Source: a virus (taxonomy: Duplodnaviria; Caudoviricetes). From it: 34,260 nt of DNA. Of this stretch, positions 8,399-16,977 are shown piece by piece. The position numbers and the translations under genes were made by a program. Under the pieces are notes generated by a model that saw only the letters and a program-made list of their open reading frames with translations, searched no databases and had not been told where the DNA came from. Each line of letters opens with the position of its first letter. Position 1 is the stretch's first letter. The stretch covers positions 1 to 34,260 of IMG/VR virus record IMGVR_UViG_3300025018_000355. One strand, given 5' to 3'.

Positions 8399-8520
8399 AT
8401 CTAATTTGGTTAATTATTTCATTGATACTTTTTTTGGTAATAGTTAAAGCAATAAATATCAAAAGAAAAATCCCAACAATAAACTTTATCGTAGCTATTT
8501 ATTGGGCATTAAAAATATAA
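8395..8520 (+). CDS. small membrane protein (41 aa)
   Basis: ATGA-coupled; MNLIWLIISLILFLVIV...; GAGG RBS. Confidence 0.45.
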   Translation: MNLIWLIISLILFLVIVKAINIKRKIPTINFIVAIYWALKI

Positions 8521-8535
8521 ACATTGAAAGGAAAT

Positions 8536-9615
8536 ATGACAGATACAACACAACTTACAGTAATAGCCGAGGAATCAGGATTAGAAAAATCAAAGGCAGA
8601 AATATTACTTACACAATTTACTGGTTATTTTGCCGAGGCTAAAGAAGTAGCTCAAGGATATAAAGATATCATCGTTAAAGACGAAAATGATATTGAAACA
8701 ATGGCCGAAGCCAAGACTAAAAGAAAAGCCTTAAGAGATATTAGGGTTGAAGCAGAAAAAACCCGAAAAGCCCTAAAAGAACAGTCATTAAGAGAAGGTA
8801 GAGCCATTGATGGTATATCAAATGTAATCAAAGCACTTATTGTTCCTGCCGAAGAACACCTACTTGCTCAAGAGAAGTATGCTGAAAGACTTAAAGCTGA
8901 AACAGATAGCAGAATTGAGAGTGAAAGAAATATTGAACTATCTAAATACGTTGAAGATGCTGATGTGTATTCATTACACCCTGATAACTTATCTGATGAA
9001 GCATTTTCAAAGTTACTTGAAAACTCTAAGTTTGCTTATGAAGCTAAAAAGAAAGCCGAAGAACAGGCTGAAAAAGAGAGAGTTGAGAACGAAAAGAAGC
9101 AAGAAATCTACATGAGCAGAAAATTATCTCTCTCAATGTATTCAGACTTTGTTGATTTTGAATTACTAACTCTTGATACAACAGAAGATCAGTACAAATC
9201 TATTCTTAAAAAAGCCGAGGATGATAAAGAAGAATATCTTGCTGAACAAGAAAAGATCAAAGCTGAGAACATGAAACTCCAAGCTGAAAAAGAAAAGGCT
9301 GAAAAATCCCAAAGAGAAGCCGAAGAAAAGTTAAGGAAAGAACAGGAAAAAATAAGGAAAGAACAATTAGCACAACAGCTTAAAGAAAAAGAGGCTAAAC
9401 AACTTGAGGAAGCACGAATAAAAGCCGAAGAAGAAGAAAAGAAAAGACTGCTCCTAGCACCTGATAAGGACAAACTAATTAAGTTTGTAAATGATATTCA
9501 AAATGTTACTCGCCCTCACTTGGAAACAATGGAGGCAGGAGAAATACTTGATGAAGCCAATGATCTTATTATCAAGGCTGTTGATTTATTGAGAATAGGA
9601 GCAAATAAACTATGA
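8536..9615 (+). CDS. coiled-coil protein (DUF1351/Gam-like phage recombination-module protein)
   Basis: RVEAEKTRKALKEQSLREGRAID pattern, E/K-rich helices; AAGGA RBS before 8536. Confidence 0.55.
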   Translation: MTDTTQLTVIAEESGLEKSKAEILLTQFTGYFAEAKEVAQGYKDIIVKDENDIETMAEAKTKRKALRDIRVEAEKTRKALKEQSLREGRAIDGISNVIKALIVPAEEHLLAQEKYAERLKAETDSRIESERNIELSKYVEDADVYSLHPDNLSDEAFSKLLENSKFAYEAKKKAEEQAEKERVENEKKQEIYMSRKLSLSMYSDFVDFELLTLDTTEDQYKSILKKAEDDKEEYLAEQEKIKAENMKLQAEKEKAEKSQREAEEKLRKEQEKIRKEQLAQQLKEKEAKQLEEARIKAEEEEKKRLLLAPDKDKLIKFVNDIQNVTRPHLETMEAGEILDEANDLIIKAVDLLRIGANKL

Positions 9616-9989
9616 CAAATTGTACTTGTGTTAATTTATTGTTAATGGGTTCTAAACCACCTAGGCCAAAGAAAGTATTTATGACAAAGCAAGATATTCT
9701 AAAAAGAGATGTAATGATGGATCTTAATAGATACCAAGATAACTTCGGTATTGAATCAACAAAAGAACTTTTATTTGATGCAGTTATTTTAGCTAAACCA
9801 GAGATAGGCGAATCTATGGTAAAAAATCAGATTGAGATTGCTAATAATATGGAAACATACGGAGGTAGCTTTGTTAAAGCATTGAGTGAGTTAGTCAGAC
9901 GTTCTGATGTTCTTAACTTTGCAAAACTTCAAGATGCTTTTCCATCTTATTTTTATAAATATCATCCAGATAACTGGGGAAAGAAATAA
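9612..9989 (+). CDS. hypothetical protein
   Basis: ATGA-coupled; C-terminal YGGSFVKAL...KLQDAFP.YF pattern. Confidence 0.6.
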   Translation: MTNCTCVNLLLMGSKPPRPKKVFMTKQDILKRDVMMDLNRYQDNFGIESTKELLFDAVILAKPEIGESMVKNQIEIANNMETYGGSFVKALSELVRRSDVLNFAKLQDAFPSYFYKYHPDNWGKK

Positions 9990-9991
9990 AT

Positions 9992-10255
9992 ATGAAACTA
10001 TTTAATAAGATAGTAAGCCTAATTACACATCCAAAAGTAATCAGATTAGTAAATATATTGGTTTTTATAACAATCTTGATTGATGTCTTTACTAATTCAG
10101 TTGATCCAGTAACGATACTTTTGATGATGTTTATTCTACTTGATGTACTTGTTGATATACGTAATAATAATATTAAGAATATAGACGTACATTTTCATTT
10201 AGGCGAAACTAAAAAGGAAAAAAATGACAAAAGCAAAAAAACAACCAAGAAATAA
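9992..10255 (+). CDS. small membrane protein
   Basis: Two hydrophobic segments and a basic tail. Confidence 0.55.
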   Translation: MKLFNKIVSLITHPKVIRLVNILVFITILIDVFTNSVDPVTILLMMFILLDVLVDIRNNNIKNIDVHFHLGETKKEKNDKSKKTTKK

Positions 10256-10538
10256 AATAGAACTTACTTGGAAAACAATTCCCCTATTTGAAAGAATGAC
10301 TTGGTTTGGTTTTACTACTGGTTGGAAAGTTAGTCAAGACAAATTAGATTGGGAATCAGAGGTAAGAGTCTTTAATGATTTAGTTCTATCAAGTGATAAT
10401 AAAAATATCCCATACAGTCAGATAGCAGAAACATTAGCTGAGAGTTATGCTAATACAGGACAGGCAATAGCATTAAATAGAGGTTTTGCTAGAGCAAGAG
10501 TTATAGATTTAATAGCCTCTTTTAGAAAGTTTATATGA
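10224..10538 (+). CDS. hypothetical protein
   Basis: ORF with AAGGA RBS. Confidence 0.55.
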   Translation: MTKAKKQPRNKIELTWKTIPLFERMTWFGFTTGWKVSQDKLDWESEVRVFNDLVLSSDNKNIPYSQIAETLAESYANTGQAIALNRGFARARVIDLIASFRKFI

Positions 10539-10819
10539 GCAAAACAGACTACAAAAAAATGTGGCGTAAGGAACAAGATCAAAACAAAATCCTTACAGAT
10601 CATATCAATAATAACTTAATCCCACGTCTTAGACGTGCTGAGTTGGTTCTTTATGGGATTGTCTTTGATGAAGTTGATATCCCATTGATGAAAGAAGAAT
10701 ACTTTAAATCTAATCCAGAGGCTAAAAAACTACACGAACAAGCAGTACAAGTACAAAAGGAGAAAAATGATTCAACCAATCCTGAATCCCAACCTGCCAG
10801 AGACTCTAACGAGAAGTGA
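10535..10819 (+). CDS. hypothetical protein
   Basis: ATGA-coupled ORF. Confidence 0.55.
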   Translation: MSKTDYKKMWRKEQDQNKILTDHINNNLIPRLRRAELVLYGIVFDEVDIPLMKEEYFKSNPEAKKLHEQAVQVQKEKNDSTNPESQPARDSNEK

Positions 10820-10970
10820 ACTGGCTAATTATTTAAGAGTATCCGATATGTCTGTTCGCAGATATGAAAAAGAAGGTGCTTTTAAAAGATGTAATGTAAA
10901 TACTAAAGGAACTCCATCTTATAAAAAAGTTGATGTTGAAAACTATCTACAATCAATCAATAAGATATAG
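10767..10970 (+). CDS. excisionase/MerR-like HTH protein
   Basis: LTRSELANYLRVSDMSVRRYEKEG; AAGGAG RBS. Confidence 0.75.
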   Translation: MIQPILNPNLPETLTRSELANYLRVSDMSVRRYEKEGAFKRCNVNTKGTPSYKKVDVENYLQSINKI

Positions 10971-10999
10971 TTTACAAAGTTATTTAATATAGTTATTAT
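10971..10999 (+). promoter_or_regulatory. early sigma70-like promoter
   Basis: TTTACA-N17-TATTAT; leader hairpin GCCTACC/GGTAGGC at 11016-11036. Confidence 0.55.
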
Positions 11000-11071
11000 A
11001 ATAATAAGTATTATGGCCTACCTCAAAAGGGTAGGCGATAATATCAATAGTAAAAGCGTAAAGGAGTAAAT

Positions 11072-11683
11072 ATGCCAAGTGCAAACTTCGGAGAGAAGAC
11101 CAATCTTGATAATAGGTCATTTTTTGTAGAGTTAAAAGAAAAGGACGATAGTATTGAGTTCCTTATAGCAGGTGGTGGTTACTATGATGGTAAACATTTC
11201 ATGGCTACTGAGGAGGGTGGTTGGGATATTATTGACTGTCCACGAATCATGGAAGCAAATCCATGTGATCTTTGTCAGAAATACTTTGATCTGAGAAAAG
11301 AGGCTAAAGATCAAGAGGGCGATGAAAAGAAAGCAACTCTTAAAAAGGCAAGATCATTTAATGCAAAAATTACTTTCTTCTATCCAATTGTTGATTTAGA
11401 AACTGATAAACCAAAAGTTCTTAAAACTGTTTTATCTGTAAGATCGCAATTAGAATCAGACCATAAAAAAGGACTACAAGTTCTTGGTTCTGCTTATGAA
11501 CTCTCTCGCCCAGAGGGGGAAGAAGACTATTACAAATTAGAAAGACTCGGAGTTCCAAAAGAATTATCTGAGGAAACAAAAACTGCCTACAAAGAAGCTA
11601 CTGAAATAAATCTTGAGGAGCTAATTGTAGGTAAACAGTCATCACAAAAGTTCCAAGACGATGTGAAAGAGGCTGTACTTTAA
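11072..11683 (+). CDS. gp32-like single-stranded DNA-binding protein
   Basis: H...CP...PCDLC zinc-ligand set, aromatic strands, acidic C-terminus; AAGGAG RBS. Confidence 0.55.
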   Translation: MPSANFGEKTNLDNRSFFVELKEKDDSIEFLIAGGGYYDGKHFMATEEGGWDIIDCPRIMEANPCDLCQKYFDLRKEAKDQEGDEKKATLKKARSFNAKITFFYPIVDLETDKPKVLKTVLSVRSQLESDHKKGLQVLGSAYELSRPEGEEDYYKLERLGVPKELSEETKTAYKEATEINLEELIVGKQSSQKFQDDVKEAVL

Positions 11684-11684
11684 T

Positions 11685-12263
11685 ATGATGAATAATCTAC
11701 CCTCACTTGAGCAGAAAAGAGAATTAGCATGGGAAATGTATCAGACCTTACGGCAGTCTGTTGTAACTCAGGCTTTTCTATTTATAGATATCGGCAAAAA
11801 ACTTAAAGATATACGGGACGATAAACTATATAAGTATCTCGGTGAGGGTGGATATTCAACTTTTCAACATTTTTTAGCTAATCCAGAACTAGGATTACGA
11901 CCATCAACAAGCTATCTCTATATCAGATTATATGAATACTATATTGAACAGTTACAAATAACCAGAGAACAGCTTATTGAAATCCCTATCAATAGACTTA
12001 TGCGATTACTTCCAAGCCTTAAAGAAATGCCCGATGATGAGGCTAGGGAAACTATTACCGATCTTGGACAACTTACTAGCTATGATTATGATATTGAAGT
12101 AGTTGAAAGAAATATTGAGAAAGCCAGACCAAAGTTATTTAGAAATAAAGAGAATGGTATGTGGAAGTTTGAGTTTGATCCTGAAAGCATGGAATCAATT
12201 GTGAATACTCAAACAGGAGAAGTCTTATATGGCAGTACGGATACAATTAAACCCAACGATTAG
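11685..12263 (+). CDS. hypothetical DNA-associated protein
   Basis: FIDIGKKLKDIRDDKLY...GYSTF pattern common in phage proteins. Confidence 0.55.
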   Translation: MMNNLPSLEQKRELAWEMYQTLRQSVVTQAFLFIDIGKKLKDIRDDKLYKYLGEGGYSTFQHFLANPELGLRPSTSYLYIRLYEYYIEQLQITREQLIEIPINRLMRLLPSLKEMPDDEARETITDLGQLTSYDYDIEVVERNIEKARPKLFRNKENGMWKFEFDPESMESIVNTQTGEVLYGSTDTIKPND

Positions 12264-12393
12264 TGAGGCTGAACTTATCTTACAAGGATTAAGAATGATC
12301 CAAGATGAGTTACAGGGTACTCAACAACTTAATTATAGAGAAGAACAAGAACTTGAATCCCTTATTAGTGAAATAATTCAAGAATTAGAATAA
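12229..12393 (+). CDS. small acidic protein (54 aa)
   Basis: Translated by hand (MAVRIQLNPTISEAELILQGL...); AGGAG RBS. Confidence 0.55.
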   Translation: MAVRIQLNPTISEAELILQGLRMIQDELQGTQQLNYREEQELESLISEIIQELE

Positions 12394-12412
12394 TTGTATC
12401 AGTAAGAAATAC

Positions 12413-12450
12413 TTTATAGAAACTTAAATATAAAGTATAATACTGGTATT
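12413..12450 (+). promoter_or_regulatory. promoter with overlapping near-palindrome
   Basis: TTTATA-N17-TATAAT(12436-12441); AATACTGGTATT at 12439-12450. Confidence 0.5.
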
Positions 12451-12459
12451 AAGGAAATC

Positions 12460-12687
12460 ATGATTAGATATTATACAAAAACAGAAGTACACCGAATCCT
12501 CAAAGATAAATACTCCATTGATGTATCATACGAAACCATTTGGGCGTGGGAGAAAAAGGGCTTTATCCAACCTAGTGGATATACTATGCGTGGTACTCGT
12601 AAAATGCCTATCTATACCCAAACTGAGATTGATGACTTCATAAATAAAGTGGAAGATCTTCGTAAAGAGGGCAAGTTAAGAATCTAA
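12460..12687 (+). CDS. MerR-like HTH DNA-binding protein
   Basis: VSYETIWAWEKKGFIQP...IYTQTEIDDF. Confidence 0.7.
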   Translation: MIRYYTKTEVHRILKDKYSIDVSYETIWAWEKKGFIQPSGYTMRGTRKMPIYTQTEIDDFINKVEDLRKEGKLRI

Positions 12688-12708
12688 AACTTATAATGCG
12701 TTATAAAA

Positions 12709-13167
12709 ATGTTCTATTCAAAAGCAAATCAAGTAAAGACAAAGGTAAAGAAGCGAAAAACTAGGACAGATAAACAAAAGGCGAAAGATAAAGCGTGGAG
12801 ATCATTTTCAGACTATATCAGGACGAGAGATAGTTTGAAGACCACGAGTACTTTAACAAGGTGTGTGTGTATAACTTGTGGAAAAACAGTTCCATACAAG
12901 AGGATTCACGCAGGACATGGAATCGGAGGACGAACCAATTCTATTCTGTTTGATGAAAAACTGGTAAATGGTCAATGTGATAGTTGTAATGTATTTCATG
13001 GAGGCGAATATGAAATATATGCCAGTAAACTCATAGAAATGTATGGCATAGATATGTATAACGAGTTCTTAGCTAAAAAGAAAAGAACAGTTAAATATAC
13101 AACTCAAGATTATATAGACATATCAATTATGTATAAAAATAAAAGGACGAAATTAGTAACACCATAG
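12709..13167 (+). CDS. ninG: NinG/Rap-like recombination endonuclease
   Basis: FSDYIRTRD, CITCG, HAGH, NGQCDSCN. Confidence 0.8.
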   Translation: MFYSKANQVKTKVKKRKTRTDKQKAKDKAWRSFSDYIRTRDSLKTTSTLTRCVCITCGKTVPYKRIHAGHGIGGRTNSILFDEKLVNGQCDSCNVFHGGEYEIYASKLIEMYGIDMYNEFLAKKKRTVKYTTQDYIDISIMYKNKRTKLVTP

Positions 13168-13185
13168 AGCTGACCAAAGGCTATT

Positions 13186-13923
13186 ATGGATTACAAACAT
13201 GACTACAAAGACATAAGTGAATTATCTAATTGGGATAAAAACCCAAGAGATATCAATGATAAAGAATTGGCTCGGCTAAAACTCCAGATTCAAGAATTAG
13301 GAATCTATAAGCCATTCATTATCTTAGAAGATGGAACTGTCATTGGTGGAAATATGAGGCTTAAAGCCTGTCGTGATCTTGGTATTAAAGGTAAAGTTCC
13401 TGTTAGTATTATTTATCCAAAGAATGAAAAAGAAAAAATCCAGTATGCTCTATCAGATAATGACAGGGCTGGTTTTTATATTGAAGCTGATGTTAGGCAA
13501 TTAGTCTTAGACAATCCTGATTTAGAACTTACTACTTATTCTATTGATTTAGGAGAACAAACATCTTTACAAGGTTTAATGGATGATGATGGCCTTGATG
13601 ATGATTACTCACAGAAATTAGGAGAAGTGGTTTATGAACCAAAAGAAACCAATCATAAAGTTAGTGATATCTTCCAAAAAGAAAATAAGTTTGATAAAGA
13701 AATTGAATCCTTAGAAAATGAGGAGATAAAAGAAATGCTACGACATCGTGTAGCCTATTTCTCTAACTTTGACTTTCCAAAGATTGCTGATTACTACGCA
13801 TATCAAGCAACACCAGAGGAACAACGCATAATGGAGAAGTTGGCCTTAGTATTACTTGATAAAGACCAACTCATTGAAAATGGCTTTAGTAAGATAATTA
13901 GTGAATTGGAGAATAATGGCTAA
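13186..13923 (+). CDS. ParB/Srx N-terminal domain fused to uncharacterised C-terminal helical domain
   Basis: KNPRDI...LK.QIQELG..KPFII...VIGGNMRLKA...LSDN. Confidence 0.8.
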   Translation: MDYKHDYKDISELSNWDKNPRDINDKELARLKLQIQELGIYKPFIILEDGTVIGGNMRLKACRDLGIKGKVPVSIIYPKNEKEKIQYALSDNDRAGFYIEADVRQLVLDNPDLELTTYSIDLGEQTSLQGLMDDDGLDDDYSQKLGEVVYEPKETNHKVSDIFQKENKFDKEIESLENEEIKEMLRHRVAYFSNFDFPKIADYYAYQATPEEQRIMEKLALVLLDKDQLIENGFSKIISELENNG

Positions 13924-14782
13924 AAATAAATCCAAAACCCCACTAAAACTCAACACAATCTACATTATTTCCAAAGGAAGACCACATTGTAAGACTGCTG
14001 AAACACTTACTAAAATGAACTATCCTGGCGAATGGTTTATTGTAAATGGCACTAATGATGACAAACATACTGAATATGTAAAAAAATGGGGTAAAGATAG
14101 AGTTTTACTATTTAATTGGGAAGAAGAAGTTAAAGAATCAAACCTCTTAGATAACTTTGGTGTAGAAAATATGAGTAGTGGTGCAGTTCCAGTTAGAAAT
14201 GCTACCCGAAGAATAGCCGAAGAACGAGGAGAAACACGCCATTGGCAATTTGATGATGATTACTCTAGCTTTAGACATATCAATAAAGATTTACAAAAGA
14301 ATGAAACCATAACTGATGGTAGTTTTTTTGAGTATGAGTTAAATAGGATTGCTACATTTGCTCATGAAGCAGGTTTAACTAATGTTGGTTTTAGTTTAGG
14401 AATGGAATCACATCCTCAGATGGTTAAGACATTTAGTAAAAGAGTCTTTAATGCTCATAATATGCCAACAGATCCAAAGAAGTTTAATACTTGGCGTGGA
14501 AGAATGAACGATGATCTTATCAATGCTTTAGATGTGTTTCATACAGGTAGATATGAGATGAGTTTTAAGTTTATGACTTTAATGCTTGCCCCGACTCAAT
14601 CTGAGAAAGGAGGCAACACCGATATCTATGAATTATCAGGAACAGTTAGAAAAACAGCGTATGCAGTCTTAATTGAACCAAAACATTGTAAGTTAAAAAT
14701 TAAGTATGGTAGATATCATCATGAAGTAAATTGGCGAGGTGTTGTACCAAAGATACTCAGGGAGAGCTATGCAAAAATATGA
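13916..14782 (+). CDS. GT-A glycosyltransferase, TET-associated (TAGT)/GREB1-like
   Basis: IYIISKGR, GAVPVRN, HWQFDDD, WRGRMNDD, TQSEKGGNTDIY, RYHHEVNW; GGAG RBS before ATG 13916. Confidence 0.75.
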   Translation: MAKNKSKTPLKLNTIYIISKGRPHCKTAETLTKMNYPGEWFIVNGTNDDKHTEYVKKWGKDRVLLFNWEEEVKESNLLDNFGVENMSSGAVPVRNATRRIAEERGETRHWQFDDDYSSFRHINKDLQKNETITDGSFFEYELNRIATFAHEAGLTNVGFSLGMESHPQMVKTFSKRVFNAHNMPTDPKKFNTWRGRMNDDLINALDVFHTGRYEMSFKFMTLMLAPTQSEKGGNTDIYELSGTVRKTAYAVLIEPKHCKLKIKYGRYHHEVNWRGVVPKILRESYAKI

Positions 14783-15872
14783 TTTTCTTTTAGTTGGTGC
14801 TGGTTTATTTAATGCTACCTTTGCTTCTATTGCACACCATAGATATGGTAAAAAATGTGCTGTTATTGAAATGAGAGATCATATAGGCGGCAATATCTAT
14901 ACAAAAAAAGTAGAGGGTATTGACGTTCATTGGTACGGAGCACATATCTTTCATACTTCAAATAAGATTGTCTGGGACTATATCAATACTTTTGGTAAGT
15001 TTAATGATTTTAAGAATACTCCAATAGCTATTGTTAAGGGAGAGACTTATAACCTGCCATTTAATATGAATCTTTTTAGTAAGGTTTTTGGCGTAACCCA
15101 TCCAGATCAAGTAAAAGCAATAATTGAGAGAGAAAAAGCAGAGTTTAAAGATAAACCAATCAAGAACTTAGAAGATCAAGCATTATCTATGGTGGGAAGG
15201 ACTATCTATGAAACCTTTATCAAGGGATATACAGAAAAACAATGGGGCAAGAAGTGTACTGAATTACCTCCTGAAATTATTAAAAGACTCCCTCTTAGAT
15301 TTACTTATGATAATAATTATTTTAATGATACTTATCAGGGTATTCCAAATGATGGGTATACTTCAATAATTGAGAAAATGTTAGAAGGTAGTGATGTGTT
15401 TCTTAATACTCCATTTGAATCAAATCATGGAATCACAGCAGATAAGATAATCTATACAGGAATGATTGATAAGTTTTTTGACTTCATTCATGGGGCTTTA
15501 GAATATAGAACGCTTGATTTTCAACACAATATCTATGATACGGATAATCATCAAGGCAATGCAGTTTTCAATTATCCAAGTGAGTACATTCCCTATACAC
15601 GAAGCATTGAACATAAACATTTCAACTATAAACCCACCGAAAAGACGGTAGTAAGTTTTGAGTTCTCTAGCCAATTTAATCATAATGATCCTAAACAGAT
15701 TCCATACTATCCTATTGGTAATAAAAGAAATAAAGAAATCTATGCTAAATATCTTGAGGAAGCAAAGAAAATCCCAGAGATAATCTTTGCAGGTAGATTA
15801 GGAGAATACAAATACTACGATATGGATGACACCATTGAATCAGCAATGAAACTGGTTGATAAGATTTTATGA
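14769..15872 (+). CDS. glf: UDP-galactopyranose mutase
   Basis: VGAGLF, HIGGN, HWYGAHIFHT, YTEKQWG, YDNNYFNDTYQGIP, PYYP, GRLGEYKYYDMD. Confidence 0.95.
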   Translation: MQKYDFLLVGAGLFNATFASIAHHRYGKKCAVIEMRDHIGGNIYTKKVEGIDVHWYGAHIFHTSNKIVWDYINTFGKFNDFKNTPIAIVKGETYNLPFNMNLFSKVFGVTHPDQVKAIIEREKAEFKDKPIKNLEDQALSMVGRTIYETFIKGYTEKQWGKKCTELPPEIIKRLPLRFTYDNNYFNDTYQGIPNDGYTSIIEKMLEGSDVFLNTPFESNHGITADKIIYTGMIDKFFDFIHGALEYRTLDFQHNIYDTDNHQGNAVFNYPSEYIPYTRSIEHKHFNYKPTEKTVVSFEFSSQFNHNDPKQIPYYPIGNKRNKEIYAKYLEEAKKIPEIIFAGRLGEYKYYDMDDTIESAMKLVDKIL

Positions 15873-16534
15873 AGTTAGCAGTAAGAATACAACACCACCC
15901 ATCAAGAGTAAGACATTTAGCTTTATTAGAAAATCTATTGGATGAAACAAGAGTTGAGGTAATTGAGGATACTACCAACACACTAAGTGGTTGTAAAAAG
16001 GCTTTAAGTTCCATAGGTAGTGATGATACTCATATTTTAGTCTTACAAGATGATTGCTTACCCTCTAAGGATTTAATCGCTACCTGTAAAAAGATCATTA
16101 AGGTAATTCCAGATAAACCAATTACTTTATTTAGTGCATACCCAATAGTAACCAGAGCATTAAAAAGAAAACAAACATTTGCAAAGGCTAACTTCTTTTA
16201 TGGAGCAGTTGCATATATTCTTCCAAGAGAAATTGCCAAAGGATTTTTAGAGTTTAGTCCTAGATTGATAGATACAGTTACCCAAGATGAAATAGGATTA
16301 TCAGTCTATTTTTATACAAAAGGTATTGAAACATATATCACAGCACCTAGTTTAGTAGAACACCTTGCTTGGAGAGAAAGCACCTTGAGTGATACTAATA
16401 ATAGAGAAAATAGAATAGCAGATAGTTATTTAGGTTTAGAAAAAAGTGGATTAGATATTGATTGGCAATTAGATGATCCTCCACTTTTATTTAATGAAAC
16501 AGTATCTAAGTATGAAACGAGAATAAAGAAATGA
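15869..16534 (+). CDS. GT-A fold glycosyltransferase-like protein
   Basis: HPSR, HILVLQDD, GAVAYILP, QDE, PSLVEH (GT25-like layout). Confidence 0.65.
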   Translation: MKLAVRIQHHPSRVRHLALLENLLDETRVEVIEDTTNTLSGCKKALSSIGSDDTHILVLQDDCLPSKDLIATCKKIIKVIPDKPITLFSAYPIVTRALKRKQTFAKANFFYGAVAYILPREIAKGFLEFSPRLIDTVTQDEIGLSVYFYTKGIETYITAPSLVEHLAWRESTLSDTNNRENRIADSYLGLEKSGLDIDWQLDDPPLLFNETVSKYETRIKK

Positions 16535-16977
16535 CAAACAAAGACCTACCTGTTGCAAATCCAAATGGTAGACCAACAGTAATGACTCCAGAAACTTTAG
16601 AAAGATTAAGAAGTGCTTTTGCTATTGGTTGTACTAAAAAAGAAGCCTGTGCTTATGCAAAAATTGGAAAGTCTACTTTATACGACTACATAAATCAAAA
16701 CCCAGAGTTTTCGGATGAAATTGAGGAGTTAATACAAACACCAATATTAAAGGCTAAACAGACAGTTACAAAAAATCTTGATGATCTTGAAACTGCTAAA
16801 TGGTATTTACAGAGAAAGAAAAAAGACGAGTTTGCCAATACTTTAGTTGATATAAAGCAGGATAATAGAAGCGTACAAATAGTAAAAAATGATCCAAGGG
16901 TAATAAATACACTTATGAAATCATTTGAATCTATGATGGAAAACATCAAGAAATTGCCCGATGATGAAGAATCTTGA
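16531..16977 (+). CDS. terS: terminase small subunit
   Basis: GRPTVMTPE followed by HTH (EACAYAKIGKSTLYDY); directly upstream of TerL. Confidence 0.75.
   Translation: MTNKDLPVANPNGRPTVMTPETLERLRSAFAIGCTKKEACAYAKIGKSTLYDYINQNPEFSDEIEELIQTPILKAKQTVTKNLDDLETAKWYLQRKKKDEFANTLVDIKQDNRSVQIVKNDPRVINTLMKSFESMMENIKKLPDDEES

Noticed and set aside
12668-12697. Possible seventh late promoter before ninG (AGGGCA-N18-TATAAT)
   Set aside because: Only 3/6 match in the upstream box; too weak to count.
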